From positions 320,001 through 384,000 of the forward strand of contig JBBQFN010000003.1 of assembly GCA_038321985.1 (NCBI GenBank): a DNA stretch of 64,000 bases, read 5' to 3'. The notes beneath the pieces are model-generated. The model was not told where the DNA came from and searched no databases. It saw only the letters and a program-made list of their open reading frames with translations. This stretch comes from Cyanophyceae cyanobacterium. GTDB lineage: Bacteria; Cyanobacteriota; Cyanobacteriia; Cyanobacteriales; Laspinemataceae. The number at the start of each line of letters is the position of its first letter. Positions within the stretch are counted from its first letter, which is position 1. Of the stretch, positions 7,906-18,814 are shown in pieces. The translations under genes and the position numbers were made by a program.

Positions 7906-9669
7906 GTGATTTCCCTTCTAACCCCTACTCTGTCAAATTCCATGAACCCGGTATTGCTCAATCATCGCTATCGTATTCTTCAAGAATTAGGTATGGGTGG
8001 ATTCGGCCAAACTTTTTTGGCGGAAGATACCCAAATGCCTTCTAAACGCCGATGCGTCATCAAGCAGCTAAAACCTGTGACTGGCAATCCCCAAATTTAT
8101 CAGATGGTACAAGAACGATTTGCGCGGGAAGCGGCAGTTTTGGAGCAACTGGGGGATGGAAATGCTCAAATTCCCAAGTTGTTTGCGTATTTTGAATTAG
8201 ATGGACAGTTTTATCTGGTTCAAGAATGGATTGAGGGGGGTACTTTAGCCAAAAAGGTCCAAACGGTGGGGACCCTGAGTGAGGCGCAAGTGCGATCGCT
8301 CCTGACGAAAATTTTGCCCGTCCTTGGGTATGTGCATAGCTTTCGGATGGTACATCGGGATATTAAGCCGGATAATATCATGTTGCGGCCCTCTGGCAGT
8401 TTCTCCCCAGGAGAAGATATACCTGTACTGATCGACTTTGGCGCGGTCAAAGAAACAATGGCAACCGCGATGAGTACCTCCGGGGGGGTGACGAACTCGA
8501 TCGCGATCGGAAGTCCAGGGTTTATGTCTGCCGAACAAGCGGCAGGTAGACCCGTATATTCCAGCGATTTGTATAGTTTGGGATTGACGGCAATTTATAT
8601 GCTAACGGGAAAAATTCCCCTGGAGTTTCCCACGGATCCGGCAACGGGTGAAATACTCTGGCGTCAGTATGCGCCAACGGTTAGTCCCGGTTTAGCGATG
8701 GTCCTCGATCGCTCAATTCGGTTTAATCCCCGCGATCGCTTCCCCACTGCACAAGGGATGTTAGATGCTTTAAGACCCGATGTCAATTCTCAAGTCTCGA
8801 CTGTTGCAGTTGCGCCGGTAAATCGTCCGGTAGGGAATCCTCCACCTTACCCGCGATCGCCTCAACCTGTTATCCCCACCCGAGGAGTCAGCCCTGTAGG
8901 GAACCCTCCACCTTACCCGCGATCGCCTCAACCCGTTATCCCCGCCCGGGCAATTGGTATTGCTGCGGCTGTGTTAGGGATATCCTTTCTGATCGGATTT
9001 GCGATCGCCCAACAAAAAATCTCCTCTGACTCCCCGATTGCCACTCCTCCCGCTAACAATCCGCCCCCGGTTTCTCCTCCACCTTACAACCCACCGCCTA
9101 GAGAAACTCCGCCTATTTATTCCGAACCTACCCCGGTGGTTGTCCCTCCTGCGGAACCGGAACCGCCGGTGGTTGTTCCTCCGGTGGAACCGGAAACGCC
9201 GGTGGTTGTCCCTCCGGTGGAACCGGAACCGCCGGTGGTTGTTCCTCCGGTGGAACCGGAAACGCCGGTGGTTGTCCCTCCAGTGGAACCGGAACCGCCG
9301 GTTTCGGAGATTCCCTCACAACCGGCGGAACCCGAGGGCGATCGTCCCACCCCGGAAGAGTCAGTGTTCAATTACTATTCCAGCATTAATAACCGGGACT
9401 ATTCCCAAGCGTGGAACCAACTTGAACCCCGATTTCAGAACAATCAATCCGGGGATTATAATACTTATACAACCTGGTGGGATAGTGTCGGGTTGGTCAA
9501 TGTGGAGGAGGTTGACGTGGTAGCCAGTTCCCCATCAGCCGCCATTGTAGATACCTCACTAACCTATACGATGCAAGATGGCAGAATTTCCAATGAAACC
9601 ATCCGAATGTCCCTAATTTGGAATGAGCAAACCGGCACATGGGCGATCGAGCAAACCAGTCGTCTCTAA
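7906..9669 (+). CDS. Membrane Ser/Thr protein kinase with a Pro-rich extracellular stalk and a C-terminal domain
   Basis: LGMGGFG, VIKQL, HRDIKPDN and DFG motifs; one TM helix; Pro-rich repeats. Probable start is ATG 7942. Confidence 0.93.
   Translation: MISLLTPTLSNSMNPVLLNHRYRILQELGMGGFGQTFLAEDTQMPSKRRCVIKQLKPVTGNPQIYQMVQERFAREAAVLEQLGDGNAQIPKLFAYFELDGQFYLVQEWIEGGTLAKKVQTVGTLSEAQVRSLLTKILPVLGYVHSFRMVHRDIKPDNIMLRPSGSFSPGEDIPVLIDFGAVKETMATAMSTSGGVTNSIAIGSPGFMSAEQAAGRPVYSSDLYSLGLTAIYMLTGKIPLEFPTDPATGEILWRQYAPTVSPGLAMVLDRSIRFNPRDRFPTAQGMLDALRPDVNSQVSTVAVAPVNRPVGNPPPYPRSPQPVIPTRGVSPVGNPPPYPRSPQPVIPARAIGIAAAVLGISFLIGFAIAQQKISSDSPIATPPANNPPPVSPPPYNPPPRETPPIYSEPTPVVVPPAEPEPPVVVPPVEPETPVVVPPVEPEPPVVVPPVEPETPVVVPPVEPEPPVSEIPSQPAEPEGDRPTPEESVFNYYSSINNRDYSQAWNQLEPRFQNNQSGDYNTYTTWWDSVGLVNVEEVDVVASSPSAAIVDTSLTYTMQDGRISNETIRMSLIWNEQTGTWAIEQTSRL
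9130..9303 (+). repeat. Intragenic 33-bp tandem repeat (EPE(P/T)PVVVPPV, about 5 copies)
   Basis: Visible in both DNA and protein. A separate 66-bp-period duplication (PVGNPPPYPRSPQPVIP) lies at ~8827-8945. Confidence 0.9.
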
Positions 9670-9690
9670 CTGAACCCGGGTGAAATGACA

Positions 9691-9720
9691 AAAAGGGTGG
9701 ACAAAAGCCCACCCTTTTTT
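9691..9720. terminator. Bidirectional intrinsic terminator between the convergent kinase and chlN genes
   Basis: AAAAGGGTGG-ACAAAAGC-CCACCCTTTTT hairpin with A and T tracts on both sides. Confidence 0.75.
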
Positions 9721-9743
9721 AACCTATATAATCATACCCTGGA

Positions 9744-11159
<1,416 letters not shown>

Positions 11160-11185
11160 TTAATTGTTGGTGCTGAATAAGTCGC

Positions 11186-12727
11186 TTACAAATCATTCAA
11201 GAGATCAGACATTTCTGAATCATCTTCAGCGTCCATTTCATCCGCTAGCGCATCGAGATCGACGTCACCAAACGCATCTTCTGAGTCATCGTCTCCTAAC
11301 GAGTCGAGGTCTAAATCCCCGAGGTCATCGTCAGAACTCGATTCTCCAAATCCCTCTAAATCCAAATCCCCCAAGTCATCATCAGGTTTAGATTCCCCAA
11401 ATCCTTCTATATCCAAATCCCCAAGGTCTACATCGGAGTCAGATTCTGAGTCCAACCCGTCTAAATCCAGGTCTCCGAGGTCATCCGATATAGATTCCCC
11501 GAAAGGATTCGATATGGCGATCGCATCTTCGTCGGCCTCTTCGTCAAATCCTGCCAAGTCCATTTCGCCCAAATCCTCGGAGGATTCGGAATCAAGACCG
11601 CCTAAATCCAGGTCCCCAAAGTCGTCATTGGCAGAGGATTCGGAATCAAGACCGCCTAAATCCAGGTCTCCAAAGTCGTCATCGCCCGAGGCTGCTTCGG
11701 CAGAGGGTTCTAGGTCGAGACCGCCTAAATCCAGGTCTCCAAAGTCGTCATCGCCCGAGGCTGCTTCGGCAGAGGGTTCTAGGTCGAGACCGCCTAAATC
11801 CATGTCTCCAAAGTCATCATCGCCCGAGGCTGCTTCGGCAGAGGTTTCTAGGTCGAGACCGCCTAAATCCATGTCTCCAAAGTCATCATCGCCCGAGGCT
11901 GTTTCGGCAGAGGTTTCTAGGTCGAGACCGCCTAAATCCAGGTCTCCAAAGTCATCATCGCCCGAGGCTGTTTCGGCAGAGGTTTCTAGGTCGAGACCGC
12001 CTAAATCCAGGTCTCCAAAGTCATCATCGCCAGAGGATTCTGAGTCAAGGGAAGATAGATCGCCCGGATCAGAGACGTCCGCGATCATCAGGTTGACTTC
12101 GGTAACCTCTATCTGTACTTCCTCTAAGACGGTGACTCCAAAATCTGCTAAGTCATCCTCCTCATCCGTGGATGAATCCATTGAATCCAACGGATCAAGT
12201 TCTTCGTCCTCGATCGCCTCCGCACCAAAAACCGATGCAGCAACAGAAAGAGCCGGATCGCCATAATCGCGATCGCTTGCTGCTGGGGCTTGGGTCGGGG
12301 CTGGTTCAGGAGACTGTTCTACAGCGGCAGCATGAGCAACCGCTGCCTCTGGGGAGGAGAGAGGTTGCTGGGGTGTTGCCGGGGTCGGCGTCGCCACAGG
12401 GGTTGTTTTATTCTCTCCTGTGGGTGAGGGCGCTGACGTTGCCGGACCTCTACCTAGGGCGAGGTCGGGGTCAAAGTTGAGGCCAATCACCTCAATCAAG
12501 GTATCCGGATCAGGATTAAGCTGCGAAAAGGGCAACATGAGTTGCGCTAGCTTCGGTTCTAAGGCATTCATCACGCCAAGAATGAAGTAGGAGGGAGGCC
12601 GTTTGCCGCCATCTGGGGTATTCACGGCTGCCAACCTTGTATGCAGGTTCAGCCAGTCACGGTTGTCTTCAAAATATTTCAACCACTGATTCTTTAAAGT
12701 GGTAGAGAATTCTTCAAAAAATGCCAT
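11186..12727 (-). CDS. DUF5331-domain protein with a long acidic repeat tail
   Basis: N-terminal WL.YF..NR.W...RPPSYFILG...LGLNFDPD domain. It lies between chlL and chlN. Confidence 0.8.
   Translation of the reverse strand: MAFFEEFSTTLKNQWLKYFEDNRDWLNLHTRLAAVNTPDGGKRPPSYFILGVMNALEPKLAQLMLPFSQLNPDPDTLIEVIGLNFDPDLALGRGPATSAPSPTGENKTTPVATPTPATPQQPLSSPEAAVAHAAAVEQSPEPAPTQAPAASDRDYGDPALSVAASVFGAEAIEDEELDPLDSMDSSTDEEDDLADFGVTVLEEVQIEVTEVNLMIADVSDPGDLSSLDSESSGDDDFGDLDLGGLDLETSAETASGDDDFGDLDLGGLDLETSAETASGDDDFGDMDLGGLDLETSAEAASGDDDFGDMDLGGLDLEPSAEAASGDDDFGDLDLGGLDLEPSAEAASGDDDFGDLDLGGLDSESSANDDFGDLDLGGLDSESSEDLGEMDLAGFDEEADEDAIAISNPFGESISDDLGDLDLDGLDSESDSDVDLGDLDIEGFGESKPDDDLGDLDLEGFGESSSDDDLGDLDLDSLGDDDSEDAFGDVDLDALADEMDAEDDSEMSDLLNDL
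11580..12040 (-). repeat. Intragenic 69-bp tandem repeat (SGDDDFGDLDLGGLDLETSAETA-type, about 5 full copies plus degenerate ones)
   Basis: Period of 69 bp (e.g. 11671 to 11740). Confidence 0.9.
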
Positions 12728-12853
12728 AACGCCTATCCCTCTGGGTTGCTGAAAACTAGTAGGTTGTATTCTTTAATAGATCTATTGTCTCGTACTGAAT
12801 CATACCCACTTTCTCAACACCCCCTCCATTCTCGTCATGAATCGTGTAAATTT

Positions 12854-13720
12854 CTAAACCATCATCAGGTCGAGTTCGCCTTCGGCGGTGTGTTCTGGAG
12901 CCTTGATGGGATTGAGGTAGAAGTCCGACAGCAACGAGAATAACTCCCGATCTGGCGTATCATTCGGGACGACGCCTTCGGGAGAAGAAAGCAGCTGGTC
13001 GGCGATATTCAGGTAGTAATCACAGACGTAGTTGAGGGAAGGGTCACTTTCGGCCATCTCAAACAGGGTTTTGCCTTTGACCCGAGAAACCCGAATATCT
13101 TCAATCAAGGGCAAAATTTCTAAAACCGGCATGGGTACGGTGTCGATATATTTATCAATCAGGTCGCGCTTTGAGGTGCGGTTGCCGATTAACCCAGCCA
13201 GCCGCAAGGTATGGGTGCGAGCTTTTTCGCGAACTGATGCAGCAATTCGGTTAGCCGCAAATAAGGCATCAAAGCCATTATCCGTAACGATTACGCAGTA
13301 GTCGGCATAGTTGAGGGGTGCGGCAAATCCACCACAAACCACGTCACCGAGAACGTCAAACAGAATCACATCATATTCGTCAAAGGCGTTGAGTTCTTTG
13401 AGCAGTTTGACGGTTTCCCCAACCACGTAACCGCCGCAACCTGCTCCTGCTGGAGGGCCACCTGCTTCTACGCAGTCCACACCGCCATAGCCTTTGTAAA
13501 TGACATCTTCAGGCCAAACGTCTTCGTAATGGAAGTCTTTTTCTTGCAGGGTGTCAATGATGGTGGGAATTAGATACCCGGTTAGGGTAAAGGTGCTGTC
13601 ATGTTTCGGATCACAGCCAATTTGTAGAACTTTTTTGCCGCGTTTGGCAAGGGCCACGGAGATATTACAGCTGGTCGTAGATTTACCGATCCCGCCTTTT
13701 CCGTAAACTGCGAATTTCAC
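12854..13720 (-). CDS. chlL: Light-independent protochlorophyllide reductase iron-sulfur ATP-binding protein
   Basis: [26 protein letters not shown] and DVVCGGF motifs. GTG start with a GGAG RBS. Confidence 0.98.
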   Translation of the reverse strand: MKFAVYGKGGIGKSTTSCNISVALAKRGKKVLQIGCDPKHDSTFTLTGYLIPTIIDTLQEKDFHYEDVWPEDVIYKGYGGVDCVEAGGPPAGAGCGGYVVGETVKLLKELNAFDEYDVILFDVLGDVVCGGFAAPLNYADYCVIVTDNGFDALFAANRIAASVREKARTHTLRLAGLIGNRTSKRDLIDKYIDTVPMPVLEILPLIEDIRVSRVKGKTLFEMAESDPSLNYVCDYYLNIADQLLSSPEGVVPNDTPDRELFSLLSDFYLNPIKAPEHTAEGELDLMMV

Positions 13721-15017
13721 TCTTTTGTTCTCCTTAATTTTTGTGTCTTATTTTGCTGGGGCCTTCCTCCAGGTTGGGTCCTGTGAGTGGGGCTTCTAAT
13801 GGGTTTTTCCCTTGTTGATCGCAATTATTGTTCACGGACACCGGAAAGGTAAAGGGGGGGGAGGAATGACTGGGGGTTCTAAGGAGAGTTATAAAAAGTC
13901 TGGAAGATTATTTTAATGATTAATCCCTCGTGAGTCTCTATGAAGCCTGAAAAAAGATTGAAATCAGTTTTTAATTTATCTTATTTATAAAAATAGTGAC
14001 AATAACAAAAAGAAGGGAATTAGTTTATCCTGATCCCTGGGGCCTAATTTCCGGGGGTTGGGAGTGGGTTAGGCTTCCGGTTGGCTATGCTACAGAGGGA
14101 TCTAAGCCGAAAGAGCAAGGTTGAATCCCAGAGAATGGACGGGATCCAAAGGAAATCCTCAGGGCGATCGCCATCCTGGAGATTTGTGTTAATAATTGTG
14201 AATCTTTCCCGAATCTCTGAAATTCCGGCGGCTTTGGTTCGACAATTCCCTAAAAAAGGACCCTGTTTTATTACAGGACCCGGAATCTTACCCGATGCCT
14301 TGGGGAGGAGACCGGATTTAGAAGCGGGGGCCCTGGCCCTTAGAGTTTGAAGAACCAGCGATGGCGGTAGAGTCCCCAGAGAATCCAGCCCCAAAATAGC
14401 AAGGTAACCCGGGCGATCGCGAAGGACCCGTTGAGCTCCTCGAAGAGAGTGGTGATTGTGTGTTTCTGCAACCCACCCCCGATCAAGACGCCAAGGAGGG
14501 CCGCTACCACCGATGGGAAGGTTCCTTCAACAGTCCCTCGGGTTCAAAGCTGTCATGGCCCAAAATATCAGGGGGTCAAAATCAGGCGACAAGGGGACCT
14601 GCTCCCTTGGGGGATCAATCTGCCAGAAATAAGCCTAAAGCGAAGAGAATCGCCGCAAGACGGAGGATTTTGACGTAAACCGCCGCAGGAGGGGAACTGG
14701 GGGAGTGGGTGGATCTGGGGAAGGAAAAGGCTATGGCTACCCCACCGATCAAGAGGAATGCTGGAAAAATCAGGTCACTGGAAGTGAACCCATGGAACTG
14801 TGCAGGTAGGAGGGGGTAAACCTGCTACCCGCTACTCGGGTTATTGACGAGGAGCATCGAGGCGATCGCCATCTTACGAAACACCTCACGAGAAATTAGG
14901 CGTATAGAATTAAAAAATTCCAGGAGGAATTGTTACTCGGCTAAAAAAGCGGTCAACCTTGACCTTTTACGGTTATATTAATGGCTATTCAAAAAATTCC
15001 AATAGGGGAATATTAAG

Positions 15018-15488
15018 ATGAGCAAATCAGGAAAGAGTGATGAACACTTTATGAGAATGGCGATCGCCAAAGGAATGGAAGGAGTTAAGAAGGGGGAACC
15101 TCCCTTTGGTGCTTGTATCGTCAAAGATGGTGAAGTGGTGAGCTGTGTTCATAATGTCAATGTAGAAACAATGGACTCTACAGCCCATGCAGAAGTTCAT
15201 GCGATTCGGGAGGCTTGCCATAAATTAAAGACATTGGACTTATCCGGTTGTGTGATTTATGCCACTTGCGAACCTTGTCCGATGTGTTTTACGGCTGCTT
15301 ATTGGGCCAACCTCGATAAAATTGTGTTTGGAACTCGGGTTGCCGATGCCACGGCGATCGGGTTTACTCAGTTAGATATTACCTGTCAAGAACTGAAACA
15401 GTTAGGAAGCGATATTGAATTGGTGGGAGATGTTTTGAAAACAGAAAGTTTAGTTCTCTTTCAAGAATGGGTCCGCCTGAACTCGTGA
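15018..15488 (+). CDS. Nucleoside/guanine deaminase (CDA superfamily, GuaD-like)
   Basis: PFGA, HAEVHAIR and CEPCPMC zinc motifs. Confidence 0.88.
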   Translation: MSKSGKSDEHFMRMAIAKGMEGVKKGEPPFGACIVKDGEVVSCVHNVNVETMDSTAHAEVHAIREACHKLKTLDLSGCVIYATCEPCPMCFTAAYWANLDKIVFGTRVADATAIGFTQLDITCQELKQLGSDIELVGDVLKTESLVLFQEWVRLNS

Positions 15489-15651
15489 TTTTATGAGGCT
15501 AAAATTCATCGGTTAGCCCGGTCAAGCCTTCCTATTATTCGGGTCTAGGAATTCATAAAAATCGCTGTCCCCCTTCATCTCTAGTTAGGGACAAAGAATA
15601 GGGACAGCGCGATCGCCCGGTTAAATTGTTACCCTCGATCATAGCTAAAAA

Positions 15652-16731
15652 TTAGGCAGTAACTGAGGCATGAGGACGGGCAAAAATCATCCGACCCGCA
15701 GCAGTTTGTAGGGAAGACGTGACCACAACCCGCAACTGATCGCCGATGTATTTACGGCCTTCTTCTACGACTACCATCGTGCCATCATCTAAATATCCAA
15801 CCCCTTGGGCCTCTTCTTTCCCTTCTTTGAGAATTTTGAGCTCAAGGCTATCACCGGGTAGATAAACCGGACGAACGGCTTGGGTTAAGTCGTTGATATT
15901 CAGGACTAAGACCTTTTGGACCGTAGCGACTTTGGACAAGTTGTAATCATTGGTGAGCAAGGTTGCGTTAATTTCTTGGGCTAAACGCACCAATTTTGCA
16001 TCCACGGTTTGCAGGTCTTCATAGTCCGCTGGATGGATGACAATGCGTTCGGCATAGCTTTCTTTGATCCGGTTAAGGACGTCGAGTCCGCGACGACCCC
16101 GCACCCGTTTTTGATCGTTGGAGGCATCCGCCACCATCTGTAATTCCTGCAATACGAACTGGGGGACGAGGATTTGCCCTTCTAAAAATCCGGTGGCGAG
16201 GAGAGTCTCCACCCGGCCATCGATGATGCAGCTGGTGTCCAAGATTTTTGTCGCGGCGGATTTCAAGGTCCCTTCAGCAACTAACATGGATTCGAGACTG
16301 CTGGGATTGATCAGGCGCAGGAAAGCGCGACCGTGGGTATCAGCCAGGGTCACTCCCAAAAAGGCAAACATGAAGCTGCCGAGGATGGCGGCGAGGGGTT
16401 TAATAAAGCCAAATTCCTTGGGGATCGGCAGTAAGAAAACTGGGGCAAGCATTAAGTTAGCAACCAGGAGTCCCATGACTAAGCCGATCGCCCGGGTAAT
16501 CAGCATATCAATGGGCATTTGCCGGACTTGCCTTTCCATGCGTCGGTAGGTGGTTTGCACCGCTAGACCAACGGCACCCCCAATCAAGGCGGCAAAGCCG
16601 GTGGTGACCGATCGCAATCCATCCAGATTGGTGACCTGGGCGATCGCACTGGAGGGAAGCAGTTCTATGCTATAGAAACCGATCCCCGCCGCTGCTAGAA
16701 TAAATGAAAGAATGATGACTGCATTAAGCAT
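15652..16731 (-). CDS. PIN/TRAM domain membrane protein (YacL-like)
   Basis: N-terminal TM helices, LDTSCIIDGR PIN motif, GVGYLDDGTMVVVE TRAM motif. Probable start MLNAVII. Confidence 0.92.
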   Translation of the reverse strand: MLNAVIILSFILAAAGIGFYSIELLPSSAIAQVTNLDGLRSVTTGFAALIGGAVGLAVQTTYRRMERQVRQMPIDMLITRAIGLVMGLLVANLMLAPVFLLPIPKEFGFIKPLAAILGSFMFAFLGVTLADTHGRAFLRLINPSSLESMLVAEGTLKSAATKILDTSCIIDGRVETLLATGFLEGQILVPQFVLQELQMVADASNDQKRVRGRRGLDVLNRIKESYAERIVIHPADYEDLQTVDAKLVRLAQEINATLLTNDYNLSKVATVQKVLVLNINDLTQAVRPVYLPGDSLELKILKEGKEEAQGVGYLDDGTMVVVEEGRKYIGDQLRVVVTSSLQTAAGRMIFARPHASVTA

Positions 16732-16955
16732 GATTGATAAACTCAAAAGAGTACGTTTCAATTTCAGGTTGTCTATGCAGGGGAGCCATTTTTAGGAACG
16801 TTTTCCCCGCATTTTTTTTAAGCCCGCTGAGAAAGTTGAATTTAGAAAGACCTCTTGATTATACTATTAAGTTTTCGGGTAGTTTGCGGTTTTGACTCTC
16901 TCCATCGTAAGTCAGCCAGTACAGGGGTATCGGGTTTAAGCCAGAATTTAAGGGA

Positions 16956-18197
16956 TTGATGGTTACACAATCGACAATGAAGGAAATTCCCCGGTCCGCG
17001 TATCTGCACATTCCATTTTGTCGTCGGCGGTGCTTTTATTGCGATTTTCCGGTCTCGGTAGTGGGCGATCGCAAGCAGGGGGAGCACTCGGGCACGATTG
17101 TCGAATATGTAGACTGGCTGATTGCTGAAATTGAGAACACTCCAGTCTGGGGTCAGCCTTTGGAAACGGTGTTCTTTGGCGGGGGTACTCCGTCTCTATT
17201 ATCGGTCTCCCAGTTGAGTCGGATTTTAGGGAGTCTCGATCGCCAGTTTGGAATTACGCCAGAGGCGGAAATTTCGATTGAGATGGATCCGGGGACATTT
17301 GATCGACCTCACCTGGCTGGATATTGCCATGCCGGAGTTAATCGGGTGAGTATGGGGGTACAGGCATTTCAAGATGAACTGTTGGCTGATTGTGGGCGAT
17401 CGCACCGAACCGGAGACATTTTTAGGGCGGTTGAGGTGATTGGCGAGGTGGGAATCCCTAACTTTAGCCTCGATTTGATTTCGGGGTTGCCCCATCAAAC
17501 TTTAGCCCAGTGGCAAGAGTCCCTCGATCAGGCTGTTGCCCTAAATCCGGCCCATATTTCTTGCTATGACTTAATCGTAGAAACAGGGACTGCCTTTGCC
17601 CGGACCTACAAACCGGGGGTTTCTCCCCTCCCTACGGACGAGATCAGCGCCGAAATGTATCGCATTGCCGTTCGCACCCTGACCCAGGCGGGGTATGAAC
17701 ATTATGAAGTTTCCAATTACGCCCGGGGGGGCTATCAGTGTCGGCACAATCGCGTTTATTGGGAAAATCGCCCCTGCTATGGACTGGGGATGGGGGCGGC
17801 TAGTTATGTAGGGGGGCAACGGTTCACTCGTCCACGCACTAGGCGGGAATATTATGCCTGGGTGCAAGAGTGGCAAGGGAACGGAGGGGCGATTTCTATC
17901 CCAGAAACCCCGGAAAATGAGGTGTTGTTAGAAACTTTGATGTTGGGGTTGCGTTTAGCGGATGGGATTGATCTAAATCGCTTCACCCAGGAGTTTGGAA
18001 GTGACTGCCTCCAACAGCTTTGGCAGTGTCTCCTCCCCTATTACCGGCAAGGGTGGGTAGAAATTCAGCCCCCTACGGAAGAATTGGAGTTTTCTAACAC
18101 TCTGCCCCTATCCGGTTCTATCCGACTCTCGGATCCGGAAGGATTTTTATTTTCTAATACGGTTTTAGCCACGGTTTTTGAAGCCCTAGAAAAATAA
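16956..18197 (+). CDS. hemW: Radical SAM heme chaperone HemW (HemN-like)
   Basis: YLHIPFCRRRCFYCDF, FFGGGTPS, YEVSNY and HNRVYW motifs. Confidence 0.92.
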   Translation: MMVTQSTMKEIPRSAYLHIPFCRRRCFYCDFPVSVVGDRKQGEHSGTIVEYVDWLIAEIENTPVWGQPLETVFFGGGTPSLLSVSQLSRILGSLDRQFGITPEAEISIEMDPGTFDRPHLAGYCHAGVNRVSMGVQAFQDELLADCGRSHRTGDIFRAVEVIGEVGIPNFSLDLISGLPHQTLAQWQESLDQAVALNPAHISCYDLIVETGTAFARTYKPGVSPLPTDEISAEMYRIAVRTLTQAGYEHYEVSNYARGGYQCRHNRVYWENRPCYGLGMGAASYVGGQRFTRPRTRREYYAWVQEWQGNGGAISIPETPENEVLLETLMLGLRLADGIDLNRFTQEFGSDCLQQLWQCLLPYYRQGWVEIQPPTEELEFSNTLPLSGSIRLSDPEGFLFSNTVLATVFEALEK

Positions 18198-18814
18198 AGG
18201 GCGTTTGGCAATTTAAAATTTCTACCTAAAGAGGTATTCCTAAAGAAATAGGTAGAAATCCACTGGTCAGGGGAATGACCCAAAAAAGGCCCGTAGATTC
18301 ATAAATTAGAGCGGATTTTTGCAACTAGGGGCGGTTTAGGGATTGGCCCTGGTATCCTTCATGTTTTTTTTAAATATTAGGCCGTTAACTTTATTAAACT
18401 TTTACAAAAGGAATAATAGTTTAAGATTCATTAAGCCCCCGGTTATATCCCTAGAGAGAGAGACAATTAAAAAATTTCATGCAAATAATATACCTAGAAG
18501 GACAGGGCATATTACCGGAGAGGTTTTAACGTTTGACCCGGCCTGGACGTCGAGTTGAATGGGTACTTTAAATTCTCAAATTTTTGTGTTTCTATACCAC
18601 TCGGGTTTGAATAATTCCCCAGCCCTGTTGCCACAAAAAAGTTCAGAGGAATTATAAAACGACGTAAATCGGTAGTCTATTGTCAATATAACACGCTTTT
18701 TCCTCAATCAAGTTAATCCCTTTCGCCGCTTAAACTGTTGATTTATAAAGACTGGAGAAGGGGTGGATGTGCCGACTTTAATTGAATGTTTTGATATTTA
18801 TCCCCTAGGGGCTT

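Noticed and set aside
8999..9523. Arg/Trp-rich repeat ORF and its antisense Gly/Thr ORFs
   Set aside because: Alternative-frame readings of the kinase's 33-bp repeats.
11514..12266. 250-aa Ser/Pro/Arg-rich plus-strand ORF
   Set aside because: Antisense shadow of the 69-bp repeats in the DUF5331 gene.
13721..15017. Several short ORFs or an ncRNA in the 1.3-kb region upstream of chlL
   Set aside because: Overlapping ORFs on both strands with no motifs, and no recognisable RNA family.
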